Source: Mobula birostris (taxonomy: Eukaryota). From it: a stretch of 64,000 nucleotides of DNA. Below, one piece after another: positions 24,601-35,334 of the stretch. The stretch lies in the NCBI RefSeq assembly GCF_030028105.1, contig NC_092395.1:1512057-1576056 (forward strand). Direction: 5' to 3'. The first letter of the stretch is position 1. Each line of letters opens with the position of its first letter. The notes below the pieces were generated by a model. It saw only the letters and a list, made by a program, of their open reading frames with translations, was not told the DNA's origin and did no database searches. Position numbers and translations under genes: made by a program.

Positions 24601-27600
24601 CATTGAAATGTTCCCACAACCAATGAACTCACTTTCAAAGACTTTCATCTTTCATCTCATGTTCTCGGTATTTATTGCTTATTTTTTTTTTTCTTTTGTA
24701 TTTGCCCAGTTTGTTGTCTTTAGCACATTGGTTGTTTGTCTCTAATGTTGTACAACAAATTGTGCAAATATAAAAGAAAAAAACAAAATAATAATAATAA
24801 ATAAATGATATTGAGCACATCTGAATGGACAAGGAACTCAAACATACTAAATCACTGTTCTGCACTAAATTTGCATACCTTTCCTAATTTATAATCTTTT
24901 ACTATGTATTGCAATATACTGCTGCCACAGAACAAAAAGTTTCACGACTTTCGTCAGTGATATTAAACCTGATTCTGATTCAACAGGTGAATTAGTACCG
25001 GAACCTTTTGCAGCTTCGATGATGACCCGAAGTCCATTGTTCTCCATTACTATCATCTTTGCGTGATCATGGGCGTGGCCAAAGGGCACTCGGATGTCAT
25101 CGTCATAGGTCATGACCCTCAGGACACCAGCCGCCTCTCTGACCACGTCAGCACTGGTGCCATGCCTGACGATAGCACCAGTCAGCAGTGGCAGCATGCC
25201 ACGCTGCACCAGGTCTTGCCGGTTCTGCTCGTGCTTCAGGCAGCTGTGATGGATGGCACGGAAGGTGGCCGCATTCAGAACGGCCAGCTCCTGATGCTGC
25301 TTTAAAATGTCCAGGAGCAAGTGCTGGCCCTCCAAGTCCAGGAGGTCCGGCTGACCGTCCAGAAGAGCAGCCAAGGCCTGGACTCCCTTCAGCAGGCGCT
25401 GACCATCGGACATCATTGTTCTGCAGGAGGACAGCACCGTGGAGTAGGCAGACTTCTCAGCGGCCAGATGGCGGTGAGCAAAATTGAGGCTGCACTGTTC
25501 AGTAAAATGAGTCAGGTGTTCCTCCATTTCATCGAGAGCCAACATATCCAGAGCTTTCTGAAGAGCATCCAGTACCTATAAACACACAATCCATCAATTG
25601 ATAACTCAGAAACAACTTGTGCTTATAAAGAACTACTATCATAATATGGGATGGCACAATAGCACAGCAGTTAGTGTAATGTTACTGGGGTGCATGGGGT
25701 ATCCAGGGAAGGGTATCACCTCTGGTGAAGCGGCTTGCTATGTCCATTCCTGGGCAGCTCACTCAGCTTTGGTCCCCACCAGACATTCAGCTCTCAGCTG
25801 TGGCTCCAAGTAGCTGTTTGCATGTACTGTGACAGCAGAAACATGCTGGTACACTGCTTTGACAGGTGGGCTATACCAGGTGAGGGTAGCCGGTGGCCTC
25901 ATACCCTAGTGAGACCAGGATATGCCTGTCCTAAATATGAAGTCAGCTCTGGTGGACTGGGCAGATGAGATCTACAGTGCGATCCAATGGCCAAGAAAGC
26001 AGTTTTGCAATACTTCGTGGAAACATAGCAAGGCACAAAAGTAGTCAACCAAGGAAGACCCCATTTGTTTTTTTTATTATTTTTTTTAGCCATCCCCCAA
26101 CCTTCAACACCATCCCCCTTCACCTCTCTCCCCCCATCCCTCTCCCCTCCACCAATCAACTGTGTAGTACATACACAGACAAAGTATTCCTATTTTAACA
26201 AAAGATCTTTTAAGTTCGATATCAAATTTGTCCACGTTAAGATTGTGTTTGGTCGTGCATCATTTACTCTTGCTGATGAAAGTTCCAGGTAAGAAGTGTC
26301 CAAAAAGCTCCGAAGCCAGTGAGTATTTGAAATATCATGGGGAGGTTTCCAACGCTGGACTACAATCTTCTTAGCTGCAGTCAGGCCAGCCAGCCAGATT
26401 TTGCATGTTTTCTGCATAAGGGAAAGGTGGGAGTCATCACTTAGAAGATGTACAGCGGGGTCCATTGGTAATTGTACCTGTGAGTACTGATGACCTTCCC
26501 CCACAAACCAAAAACCCCTGGACATTCCCATACAACATGTATAAGGAAGACCCCATTTGTGACGACTACTTGTACCACTGGACCCAGACTTCGGACGTCG
26601 AGAGAGCAGCACCACCCCAGTGCAATGGCCTTTTCACTTTCAAAGCTCTCCCGCACAGGTTTCACTGTCATTGTCGGATACGACGGCGCCACCAACCCAG
26701 GTTCAATTGGCACCACTGTCTGTAGGGAGTTTGTCTGTTCTTCCCATGACCACTTTCCTCCAGAAGCTCTGGTTTCCTTCCATGTTCCACAGACGTTCAG
26801 GTGAGAGGCAGTAAGCTGTGGGCATGCTGTGTTGGTGCCAGAAACCGGGCGACACTTGTAGGCTGTCCCCAGCACATCCTTGGACTGCGCTGGTCATTGG
26901 CGCAAAGAATGCATTTCACTCTGTGTTTCAACGTTTCGACATAATAAATAAAGCCAATCTTAAAAAAACTTGTCACAGAACTTGCCAATAAAATTTGACA
27001 GAGGAAAGAGTCAACAAAATCACTTTAGGGCACATCTGATAACAGAGAGTTGGAAATGATTAGGAAAGGAATTCTATAATCCCCAATGCCTTCAGCTTTT
27101 TATGGAAAACACAAAGGATGATGGTGTCAATGTGCAAATGAATATGCAATCAAATAGTGTTTTATGTTCTATTCAAGCACCTCAAAGCACTGTATACATT
27201 TCAGGACTCAAGATTCAAGACTGTTTAATGTAATTTCCAGAGAACGAAATGACTGTTACTCTGGATCCAATGCAACACAAAAAACACAATAAATATAAAT
27301 ACATAAAACAGCTTATACACATAGATTGATCGTATGTCCAGAAAATGGCACTAGGTAGAGGAATGTCTGTACATCAGGTAACCGGCAGGAAATGATAAAG
27401 CAGCAGTGGTTGCGAATGTAGAGGTGGGTTAGTGGGTGGAAGTGTTGATCAGATTTACTACTTGGGTAAAGTAACTGCTTTTGAGTATGCTGGTCCTGGC
27501 ATGGATGCTACATAGCCTCCTCCACAATGGGAGTGGGACAAACAGTCCATGAACGGGACATGTTACTGACACTTTCCAGCACTGCAGACAGGTGGTAAAG

Positions 27601-30600
27601 AAGGAGTGCCAGGAGTGAGGGTGGCATGGGTACAGACACACCCAGCCCTGAGACACCAGGCAAGGTCATTCGATTCCAAACAATTGGCTTATTGTTCATT
27701 ACAGCATGTCTTTCTGGTGCTTTCCACTCCCTCTCTTTTCCTTTCCCCTTTTCCCAACCATGATTCTCCTCCTCCTGCCTCCTTTGCGCTCTCAGTCCAC
27801 AACAGACCCATATCAGAATCAGGTTTATCATCACTCACATTGATCATGAAATTTGTTTTTGTTTTACAGCAACAGTCAGTGCAATATATAAAATTACTAC
27901 AGTCCATGATTTTAGCATAGACTAGATGGGCTGAAGGGCCCACTTCTGTGTTGTATTTCTCTATGACTCTACTGTGCAGAAGTCATGTGTGTGTATAACA
28001 CACACACACACACACACACATACACGAGTTTAAAATCAAGAGGAGCTTGGTTTGACCCTGGAAACTCTGAGGCAGAGCAGAGTCTGACAATGGATGAGTA
28101 ACTGGAGGGGAAGATCAAGTTAATGAAAAGTCTGTGTGGCCAAGTTTGTGGACAATACAAAGTTGAAGGAACAGGTAGTTGTGGGGAAGTAGAGAGGCTA
28201 CAGAAGGACTTAGACAGATTAGGAGAATGGGCAAAGAAATGGCAGATGGAATACAGCGTTGGAAAGTGTATGGTCATGCACTTCAGTAGAAGAAATGAAT
28301 GGGTAGACTATTCAAAGCGTAGAAAATTCAAAAATCTGAGATGCAAAACGATTTGGGAATCCTCATGCAAGATTCCCTAAAAGTTAATCTTATAGGTTGA
28401 GTAGGTGGTGAGGAAGGCAAATACAATGTTAATATTCATTGCGAGAGGACTAGAATATAAAAGTAAGGATGTAATGTTGAGGCTTCTTAAAGCACTAGTG
28501 ACACCTCATTGTGGGCAGTTTTCAGCCCCTTATCTTAGAAGGGATGTGCAGACACTGGAGAGGATTCAAATACGGTTCACAAAAATGATTCCAGGATTGA
28601 ATGTATTGCCATATGAAGAGTGCCTGATGACTCTGGGCCTGTATTCACTAGAATTCAGAAAAATGAGAGGTGACTGAATTGAAACCTATCAAATGGTGAA
28701 AGGGCTTGATAGAGTGGACGCGGAGAGAATGTTTCCTACGGTAGGAGAGTCTAGGACCAGAGAAGACTGTCTCAGAATAAAGGGGCGTCTTTTAAAATGG
28801 AGATAAGGAGGAATTTCTTTAGCCATAGAGTGGTGAATCTGTGGATTTCTTGGCCATAGACTGCTGTGCAGACCACACCATTGAGTTATACTTAAGGCAG
28901 AGTTTGATGGGTTCTTAATTAATCAGGGCGTCAAAGATTATGCAGGGAAGGCAGGAGATTGGGGCTGAGAGGGAAAATGGATCAACAATAATGAAATGGC
29001 GGAAAAGACTCTGTGGGCCAAATGGCTTAAGTCTGCTCCTATATCTTATGGTCTTACAGCACATGCAGGTTGGTGTAGGCAGAATAATCAAGTATTATCA
29101 TCACAGAAGAGAGGCAATGGAGGCTAATGAAGAGGTTCACACACAAAATGCTGGAGGAGCTCAGAAGGTCAGCCTGCATCAATAGAGAGGAATAAGCAGT
29201 CGCGGTGTTTCAGTCTGAGACCCTCCATCAGGACAGGAAAGGAAGGAGGAAGATACCAGAATAAGATGGAGGGAAGTGAAGGTGGACAAGCTCGAAGCAA
29301 GTGGGTGAGGGAGGAAAGCTGAAGTAAGAATCCAGAAGGACTAGATAAAGAGTCTGATAAGAGAGGACAGTGGACCATGAATGAAAGGGAAGAAGGAGAG
29401 GCACCAGGGAGAGGTGATCTGCAGGTGAGGAGAAGAGGTGAGAGAGGCCGGAAAGGTTGTCTTCATTGAAGAGTCCGTGGGTTTCCTCCCACAGTCCAAA
29501 GATGTACTGGTCAGTAGGTTAATGAGTCAACGGAAATCGTCCTGTGTTCAGGCTAGGGTTAACCAGGTGGGTCGCCGGGCAGTGGGGCTCATCAGGCTGT
29601 ATTTCTTAATAAATAAACAAACAAACAGGATCACTGAAGAGGGCAAAGAGGGAACAAAGTGATGTGGTTGCAGTAGTAGGGGATGCAATTACCAACTCAG
29701 ACCACAGTAGTCTGATTGCAGAGAGAAACTTTACCAACAGGATATGAACATGTATGAGACTGACTTGATAGAGATGTAGATGTGGATAAAAGGCATAGAG
29801 TGGACAGCCAGAGAAATTTGTCCAGGGCAGGAATGGCTAATACGAGGGGATATAATTTTAAGGTGATTGGAGCAGTGCGGGGTGGGGGGAGAGAATGTCA
29901 GAGGTAGATTTTTTTTTAAAAAACACAGTGAGTGGAAGAAGTGTGGAAAGTGCTACCAGGAGTGGTGGTAGATGCAGATACGTATATTCGGGACATTAGG
30001 AATGCAGTACCAGGAGTGAGCGTAGGGGTAGATATGTCAGGGACATTTAAGGGACTCACAGACAGGCATGTGGACGATAAGAAAAATGGAGGGCTATGTG
30101 GGAGGGAATAGTTAGATTGACTTTGGAGTAGGTTAAAAGGTCAACACATCATGACTGAAGAACCTGTACTGTTCTACATTCTATACAGATAAGACTGGTG
30201 GACGTGGCAAGCGCATGTGTTAATTGTTAATTAACAACGGAAAGGCAACTAGTGATGATGCAGCAGCTGGAGTGTTGAAGATAAATGTTTTAAACCAGAC
30301 TGGGCAGTGATAAAATTGTTCCTGGGTGACTGGTAGTCAGATATTTGGGTGGGACAGGTTGGTGAGTTAATTTACTTTATTAAATTTTCATTTTAGAAAA
30401 GGAAAAGCTAGCACAAGAACATTTACCAAGTGTAAGTTTTTTAAACATTCAATGGGTTTATTTAAATCACAGGTGAAACGTGCTCTTTGTGCATACTCTC
30501 TTACCTGTAGGACATGGTGCTTCCGGTTGCTATCATCAGATGTAAAATTCTGCACAGTTTTCACCACGTTGACAAGATCAACTCCTGGAGGGAGATAAAG

Positions 30601-33600
30601 GAAATTAAAGGTTCCCAGCATAGAGGCAGTTTGCGTCTGGCCCAATGGGTATTTGTTCAATCACTCTGCCCTGAACATTGAAAGCTGCTTGGTTGTATCG
30701 TGTCTGGTATGTCCATTGAAATATAATGTAAGAAACTGCACTCTACCCAGTACATCACAGGCTCACCCCTCCCCACCACCAGTAGTATCTACAGAAGGCA
30801 ACATCCAGCAAAGATCCCATGTCGCCTTCTCAAAGCTCCCGTTGGGTAGGAGGTACTGAATCTGAACCTGATGTCCCACACCACCAGCAATATCTACCTC
30901 CCTTCAACCATTCGGTGCTTGAACAAGCTGGCAAAACCCTAAACTCCAATTTAGCAACAGAGTGAACACTTTGATAACTTTGCACTGAAATAGGTTTATT
31001 ATTGTTCTAATTGTGTTCTTTACTGATCTCCACACATGACAGTAAACTCAACGACTTTATCAACATCAGATGATGAAAATCTGAAATAAAAACAAAGAAA
31101 CACTCAGGTCATGTAGCATCTATTGAAAGAGAAGCTAATTCATCATATCTAGTAAAGAGAGAAAATAAGTTTGTTTTAAATCCAAAGCAACACACACAAA
31201 ATTCTGGAGGAACTCAGCAGATCAGGCAGCACGTATGGAAATGAATAAACAGTCGACGTTTTTGGGCCAAGACCCTCCATCAGGACTGGAAAGGAAGGGG
31301 AAAGATGCCAAAATAAGATGGGGGGAGGTGAAGGAAGAAATTACAGGCAGGGCAAGGTAGGGCTGGATAGAACAAAGGGAAAACACAAAAATAATCAGAC
31401 AAACCTGGGTCTTTATAATGCCTGCATAGCAGATGTTCTAGAATATTGGTTGTTAATCATATTAACATCCTGATACTTTCATTTCAATTTTACATGTTAC
31501 AGGACACGCCTCTTCTCTTTGCTACCATCAAGGAGGTGGTACAGGAGCCTGAAGACACACATTCAACATTTCGGGATCAGCCATCAGATTTCTGAACAGA
31601 CAACGAACCCATAAACATGACCTCCCTATTTTTTTTTGCACAACTCACTTAATTTGATTTTTTATATACAGTTCTTATTGTGATTTGTAGTATTATTTTA
31701 AAATTATAACTAATGTATTCAATATACTGCTGTGTAAAACAACACATTTCACAACATATGATATTAAACCTGATTCTGATGCGCACAGTGGTACAATCAA
31801 TATTCTGCAGAACTGAGTGAGTTTATGGGAGCAGAAAAGAGAACCCTGGTGAACTTAGGAGCTTGGGAAAGTGGCACTTGGTGATACTAAAGGGAGCACT
31901 GTGAGTACAGTGAGACGGTTGGGTTGAAAGGGAGCAGAGCCCTCGAGCTACAGTGGATGGCATAAGAGAAACAATGCCTGGCAAGACATCTTGAAGTAGA
32001 AGAATGCGCTTGAGCAGAAAACTGATCCTAATGAGACCACCATCAGGATCACCATAATCAGACCCTGGAAATACTGGAGGATTTCTGATAAGGTGAGACC
32101 AGGAGCATCTCCACTTCCTCGGGAGATTGAGACACCGCCCTCACCCCCATTCTAACTAATTTTGCAGGACATCTGAGTGTCCTGACTGTGATTTGAACCA
32201 CAAGGCATCTGACAAGGATTGCAAGGACTGCTGAAAGGACCATCAGGATTGTGAGGGGCTGCTAAGAGGATCATTGGGACTACAAAGAGTTGCGAGGACT
32301 GCTGAGAAGTCTCTCTTCCACCATTAGAGACATTTATCAGGTGTGCTGTATACACAGGGCCCTTAGCATTGTCAATGATCCTTCCCACCTGTCTAACAAT
32401 CTCTTTAACCTCCTACCATCAGCCAGGAGGTACCGCAGCACAAGGACAAGAACTGTTAGGTTGGAAAACAGCTTCTTCTACCGAACTCCCTGCCACCACC
32501 CAGGTCTCACCATGTATGAAGTGCAGGTAACATCATACTGTTTACTTTTTAACGAGTCATAAATTCACCTCATTATTTGTGAATTTATTTGTGGTATAAT
32601 TACTTTGTGTTGTGTGTAAGTTATATGTACTGTGTTGTGTACCTTGGTCTGGAGCAACATTGTTTTGCTTGGCAGGATACATGTGGTACCTCAAGGTTGT
32701 TCTAGCTGGGGGTGGTAATGGGGACAAGCTCACACTACCTATTAAATGCTCCCAATGGCATACACCTCTGACAACCAAGTCCGGCTACTGGCCTTCACGT
32801 CTGGTTTAGCTACAAGGCCCGGTGGAACTGTTTCTACTGACAGGGGAAGGGACAACGGCGGGTCAGTGATGCCTTAAAACCAGTCGCTTCAGGCAGATAG
32901 GGCTCATCAGCCGTGATTGGCAGCTTATCTGGAAGAAGGAAAACTCTGGTCTCAAACCTCCACTGCCTTGTGGCTATAACCACTCATGGGGAAGGCTTCA
33001 GGAGTAAACCCTGAGGGAAAAATCCGGAGCTGGAGCCCCTAAAGCAATTCTACATTGAGTACAATGTTGACTGGCAACTCCTGTGATGCTGCTGGTGCCA
33101 AACTGTACTGGTCTCCGTCACTCCTTTGGGTTCATCAGATGCGTGGAGAGGGGGAGCTTGCTACATGGGCAACAGCTCGCTCTCCATATCGTACTGCCCT
33201 GGCTTACGTATCTAGACAGCTAGGATTCAATATCTATGGTCAACTCTGACCGAAGGAGGCCTCAGACTCAGACATACATATGTAGGGCTGAATGACAATA
33301 AAATAAACTTAAACTTGAGCTGCTGTGGTGTGAAGCTCTTGATGGCCAGCTAGTCGATAAATTAAAGGAGGTGGTTAGAAGGAGAACATCAACAGAGGAA
33401 CAGGAAAGAGCTGTGAGATGCAGAGCTGTAGGTAATGCCCGGCAGGTCCAGATGTACTAGTTTACAGAGAAAAAACTAAGTCAACCTTACTGGTCAAACT
33501 GCTGGAGGAACTCAGTGGATTGAGCAGCCTCTGGAGGGGGAAAATAAATTGTTGAGGTTTCAGATGAAGACCCTGCATCAGGTTTGAAGGGTGCAGCAAA

Positions 33601-35109
33601 GGAGAGGGCAGGAGGAGCGAGACAGGGTCTGTAGCTGATAAGTGGGCAGAGGAGGGCTGAAGGAGCCAGGTGGGGAGAGGTGAGGTGGAGTCGGAAGATG
33701 CGGACAGGTAGCTGTGGGAGGAAGAAGCACACGGAGTTGTAGGGAGGTGAGGAGGAAGGTGCCGATACAAATAAGTGGGCCACATGTCCTGAAATCTGGA
33801 AACTAAGTAAAAAGTGATAATGGGAACCATTAAAGGACAGAACCAGATGGAGGAGAGATAGAGTGGGTGAACTGTGGAAGTGGTGGGTGGGTGGGTGGAA
33901 CCAGGCGGTAGGAAGGGCCAAAAATGGGAGGTGGGGTACTGGAAAGGGAACAAAAATGAGAAGATGAGCAGGAACCAGAGAAAGAAGAAAGTAGGAAACG
34001 GCACTGAAAGTGGAAAATTCAATGTTTACACCACTGGCTTGTAGACAATTCAGATGTTATATAAGGAGTTGTTCCTCTGCACTCTGGCACTGGAGAGGTT
34101 AGGGGACAAATAGGTTGGTGAGGGAATATGAAATGGCACATAACTGGGAGTTGAGAAGGCCACATGGGAGTCAATATCACACAACAACCAGATAGTTTGA
34201 AAATGAACAGGGTTCCCTGAAATTGTTAACTTTGAAATCAAGTTCTGGTCGCTATACTTGAGGAAGGATATACTGGCTTTGGAGGCAGTGCAGAGGAGGT
34301 TCACCAGGTTGATTCCAGAAATGAAGGGGAGATTGAATCGCCTGGGACTATACTCTCTGGAATTCAGAAGAATGAGAGGGGATCTTATAGAAACATACAA
34401 AATTTTGAAAGGGACAGATAAAAGTAGGAAAGTTGTTTCCATTGGTAGGTGAGACTAGAACTAGGGGACATTGCCTCAAGATTCAGGGGAGAAGATTTAG
34501 GACGGAGATGAGGAGAAACTGTTTTTCCCAGAGAGTGGTGAATCTGTAGAATTCTCTGCTCAGGGAAGCAGTTGAGGCTTCTTCACTAAATATATTTAAA
34601 ATACAGTTAGATAGATTTTTACATAGTAGGGGAATTAAGGGTTATGGGGAAAGGGCAGGTAGATGGAGCTGAGTTTACGGACAGATCAGCCATGATCTTA
34701 TTGAATGGGGGGCAGGCTCGATGGGCCAGATGGCCTACTCCTGCTCCTATTTCTTATGTTCTTATGTTACTAAGTTCCAAACTCTATAAACAGCCAGAGT
34801 GGAGGGTGATGGGTTCTTCCACAGTGCAGGAGGGCACTGACAGGTCAGGGTGGGAGTGGGTGAACAATTAAAGTGGCATAGATGTGGAAACTCTGAATGG
34901 CCATGCTGAACACCCAAAGTGCATTTGATATCTCCAAAGAGGAGAAGGGATTCAAAACAGGGAATGTCAGGATAAAGACTTCACCTACCTTGTGATTCAA
35001 ACTGTTGTATGGCCTCTTTCAAAGCCTCCTCTGGTTCCATCTCAAACTCAATCATGTTTTCTCGCACTACACTATCAAACGTCTCCTGAGTAATTCGTCT
35101 GCTCGCCAT
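9394..35109 (-). CDS. ARMC6: Armadillo repeat-containing protein 6, spliced CDS of 7 coding exons (34989-35109, 30505-30584, 25005-25575, 23044-23189, 15023-15154, 10599-10736, 9394-9606); 466 aa
   Basis: Exon lengths 121+80+571+146+132+138+213=1401 nt, all GT-AG, phases join into one ORF. The N-terminus [49 protein letters not shown] and C-terminus [27 protein letters not shown] match vertebrate ARMC6 as I recall it. Confidence 0.95.
10599..10736 (-). CDS. ARMC6: ARMC6 coding exon 6
   Basis: [46 protein letters not shown]; ctctcttcctacag| acceptor, CAG|gtgagg donor. Confidence 0.92.
12441..13813 (-). mobile_element. Rex1/Babar-type LINE 3' portion
   Basis: [23 protein letters not shown]...YKFAD...[38 protein letters not shown]; (CTGATT)-type tail. 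Confidence 0.8.
14300..14530 (+). mobile_element. Short RTE-derived non-autonomous element (second copy at about 20730-20975)
   Basis: Shared gggctagcaa...gtaaaaacccag...gaaagactggc; encodes [12 protein letters not shown], like an RTE C-terminus; (AGA)n tail. Confidence 0.5.
15023..15154 (-). CDS. ARMC6: ARMC6 coding exon 5
   Basis: [44 protein letters not shown]; ctgtag| acceptor, CAG|gtacag donor. Confidence 0.92.
15813..17301 (+). mobile_element. Retrotransposed insert with 3' transduction (two polyA tails, 16-bp TSD)
   Basis: TSD GGAAATTCAAAGCAAA at 15797-15812 and 17302-17317; internal AATAAA plus A-tail at about 16242-16265; terminal AATAAA at 17270-17275 plus A12 at 17290-17301. Confidence 0.8.
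17839..18417 (+). mobile_element. 5'-truncated CR1 inserted into CR1
   Basis: CR1 3' end with (TTTCTATG)n tail; host sequence atggttcca(a)gag duplicated on both sides. Confidence 0.75.
19326..19716 (+). mobile_element. Solo-LTR-like insertion in CR1
   Basis: TG...CA ends, AATAAA at about 19653, host CR1 reads through across it; no clear TSD. Confidence 0.5.
22639..23060. repeat. 44-bp minisatellite spanning the ARMC6 coding exon 4 donor
   Basis: cacacccgatgt recurs at 22671, 22715, 22759, 22819, 22863, 22907, 22951, 22995 and 23039. Confidence 0.95.
23044..23189 (-). CDS. ARMC6: ARMC6 coding exon 4
   Basis: (A)[48 protein letters not shown]; ctctccaatgcag| acceptor, CGG|gtgtgt donor. Confidence 0.92.
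23455..23985 (-). mobile_element. CR1 3' fragment
   Basis: [28 protein letters not shown]...RTEMRKNF. Confidence 0.8.
23995..24981 (+). mobile_element. Rex1/Babar-type LINE 3' fragments ending about 25 nt from an ARMC6 donor
   Basis: [10 protein letters not shown]...[16 protein letters not shown]; aaacctgattctgatt tail. Confidence 0.7.
25005..25575 (-). CDS. ARMC6: ARMC6 coding exon 3 (large ARM-repeat exon)
   Basis: [12 protein letters not shown]...[12 protein letters not shown]...[22 protein letters not shown]...IIEAAK; in frame with ORF 24889..25545; gtttatag| acceptor, AAG|gttccg donor. Confidence 0.93.
26069..26542 (-). mobile_element. 5'-truncated L1/Tx1-clade LINE with 18-bp TSD
   Basis: TSD AAGGAAGACCCCATTTGT at 26051-26068 and 26543-26560; polyT at the left end; HVVWECP and [14 protein letters not shown]2 C-terminal remnants. 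Confidence 0.8.
27985..28025. repeat. (TG)n-(CA)n microsatellite
   Basis: Directly visible. Confidence 0.85.
28115..29056 (+). mobile_element. CR1 3' portion
   Basis: [32 protein letters not shown]; tcttatggtctta tail. Confidence 0.85.
30505..30584 (-). CDS. ARMC6: ARMC6 coding exon 2
   Basis: (G)[26 protein letters not shown]; ctccctccag| acceptor, CAG|gtaaga donor. Confidence 0.92.
34240..34768 (+). mobile_element. CR1 3' fragment
   Basis: [14 protein letters not shown]...[20 protein letters not shown]; tcttatgttcttatg tail. Confidence 0.85.
34989..35109 (-). CDS. ARMC6: ARMC6 coding exon 1 (ATG at 35109; exon probably starts at 35134)
   Basis: [41 protein letters not shown]; acceptor tcttatcacag before 35134; donor AAG|gtaggt. 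Confidence 0.93.
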
Positions 35110-35334
35110 TCTTCCAGAACTTCACTTTCGGCAACTGTGATAAGATTTCACACTCAATGTACAGGAACGAAATTTTAATATTTTTTACTTTTTTTTAAAG
35201 AATGTTTAAGATTTAACTAGGACAGGTATGTAACATCTTTCTTCAAACATTTCAGGATGGATATATATTTCAGATACCTCCCACCCCCCACCCCTCATAT
35301 AGCTTAATTGAGTCTACCACAGCTTCAAGTTGCA

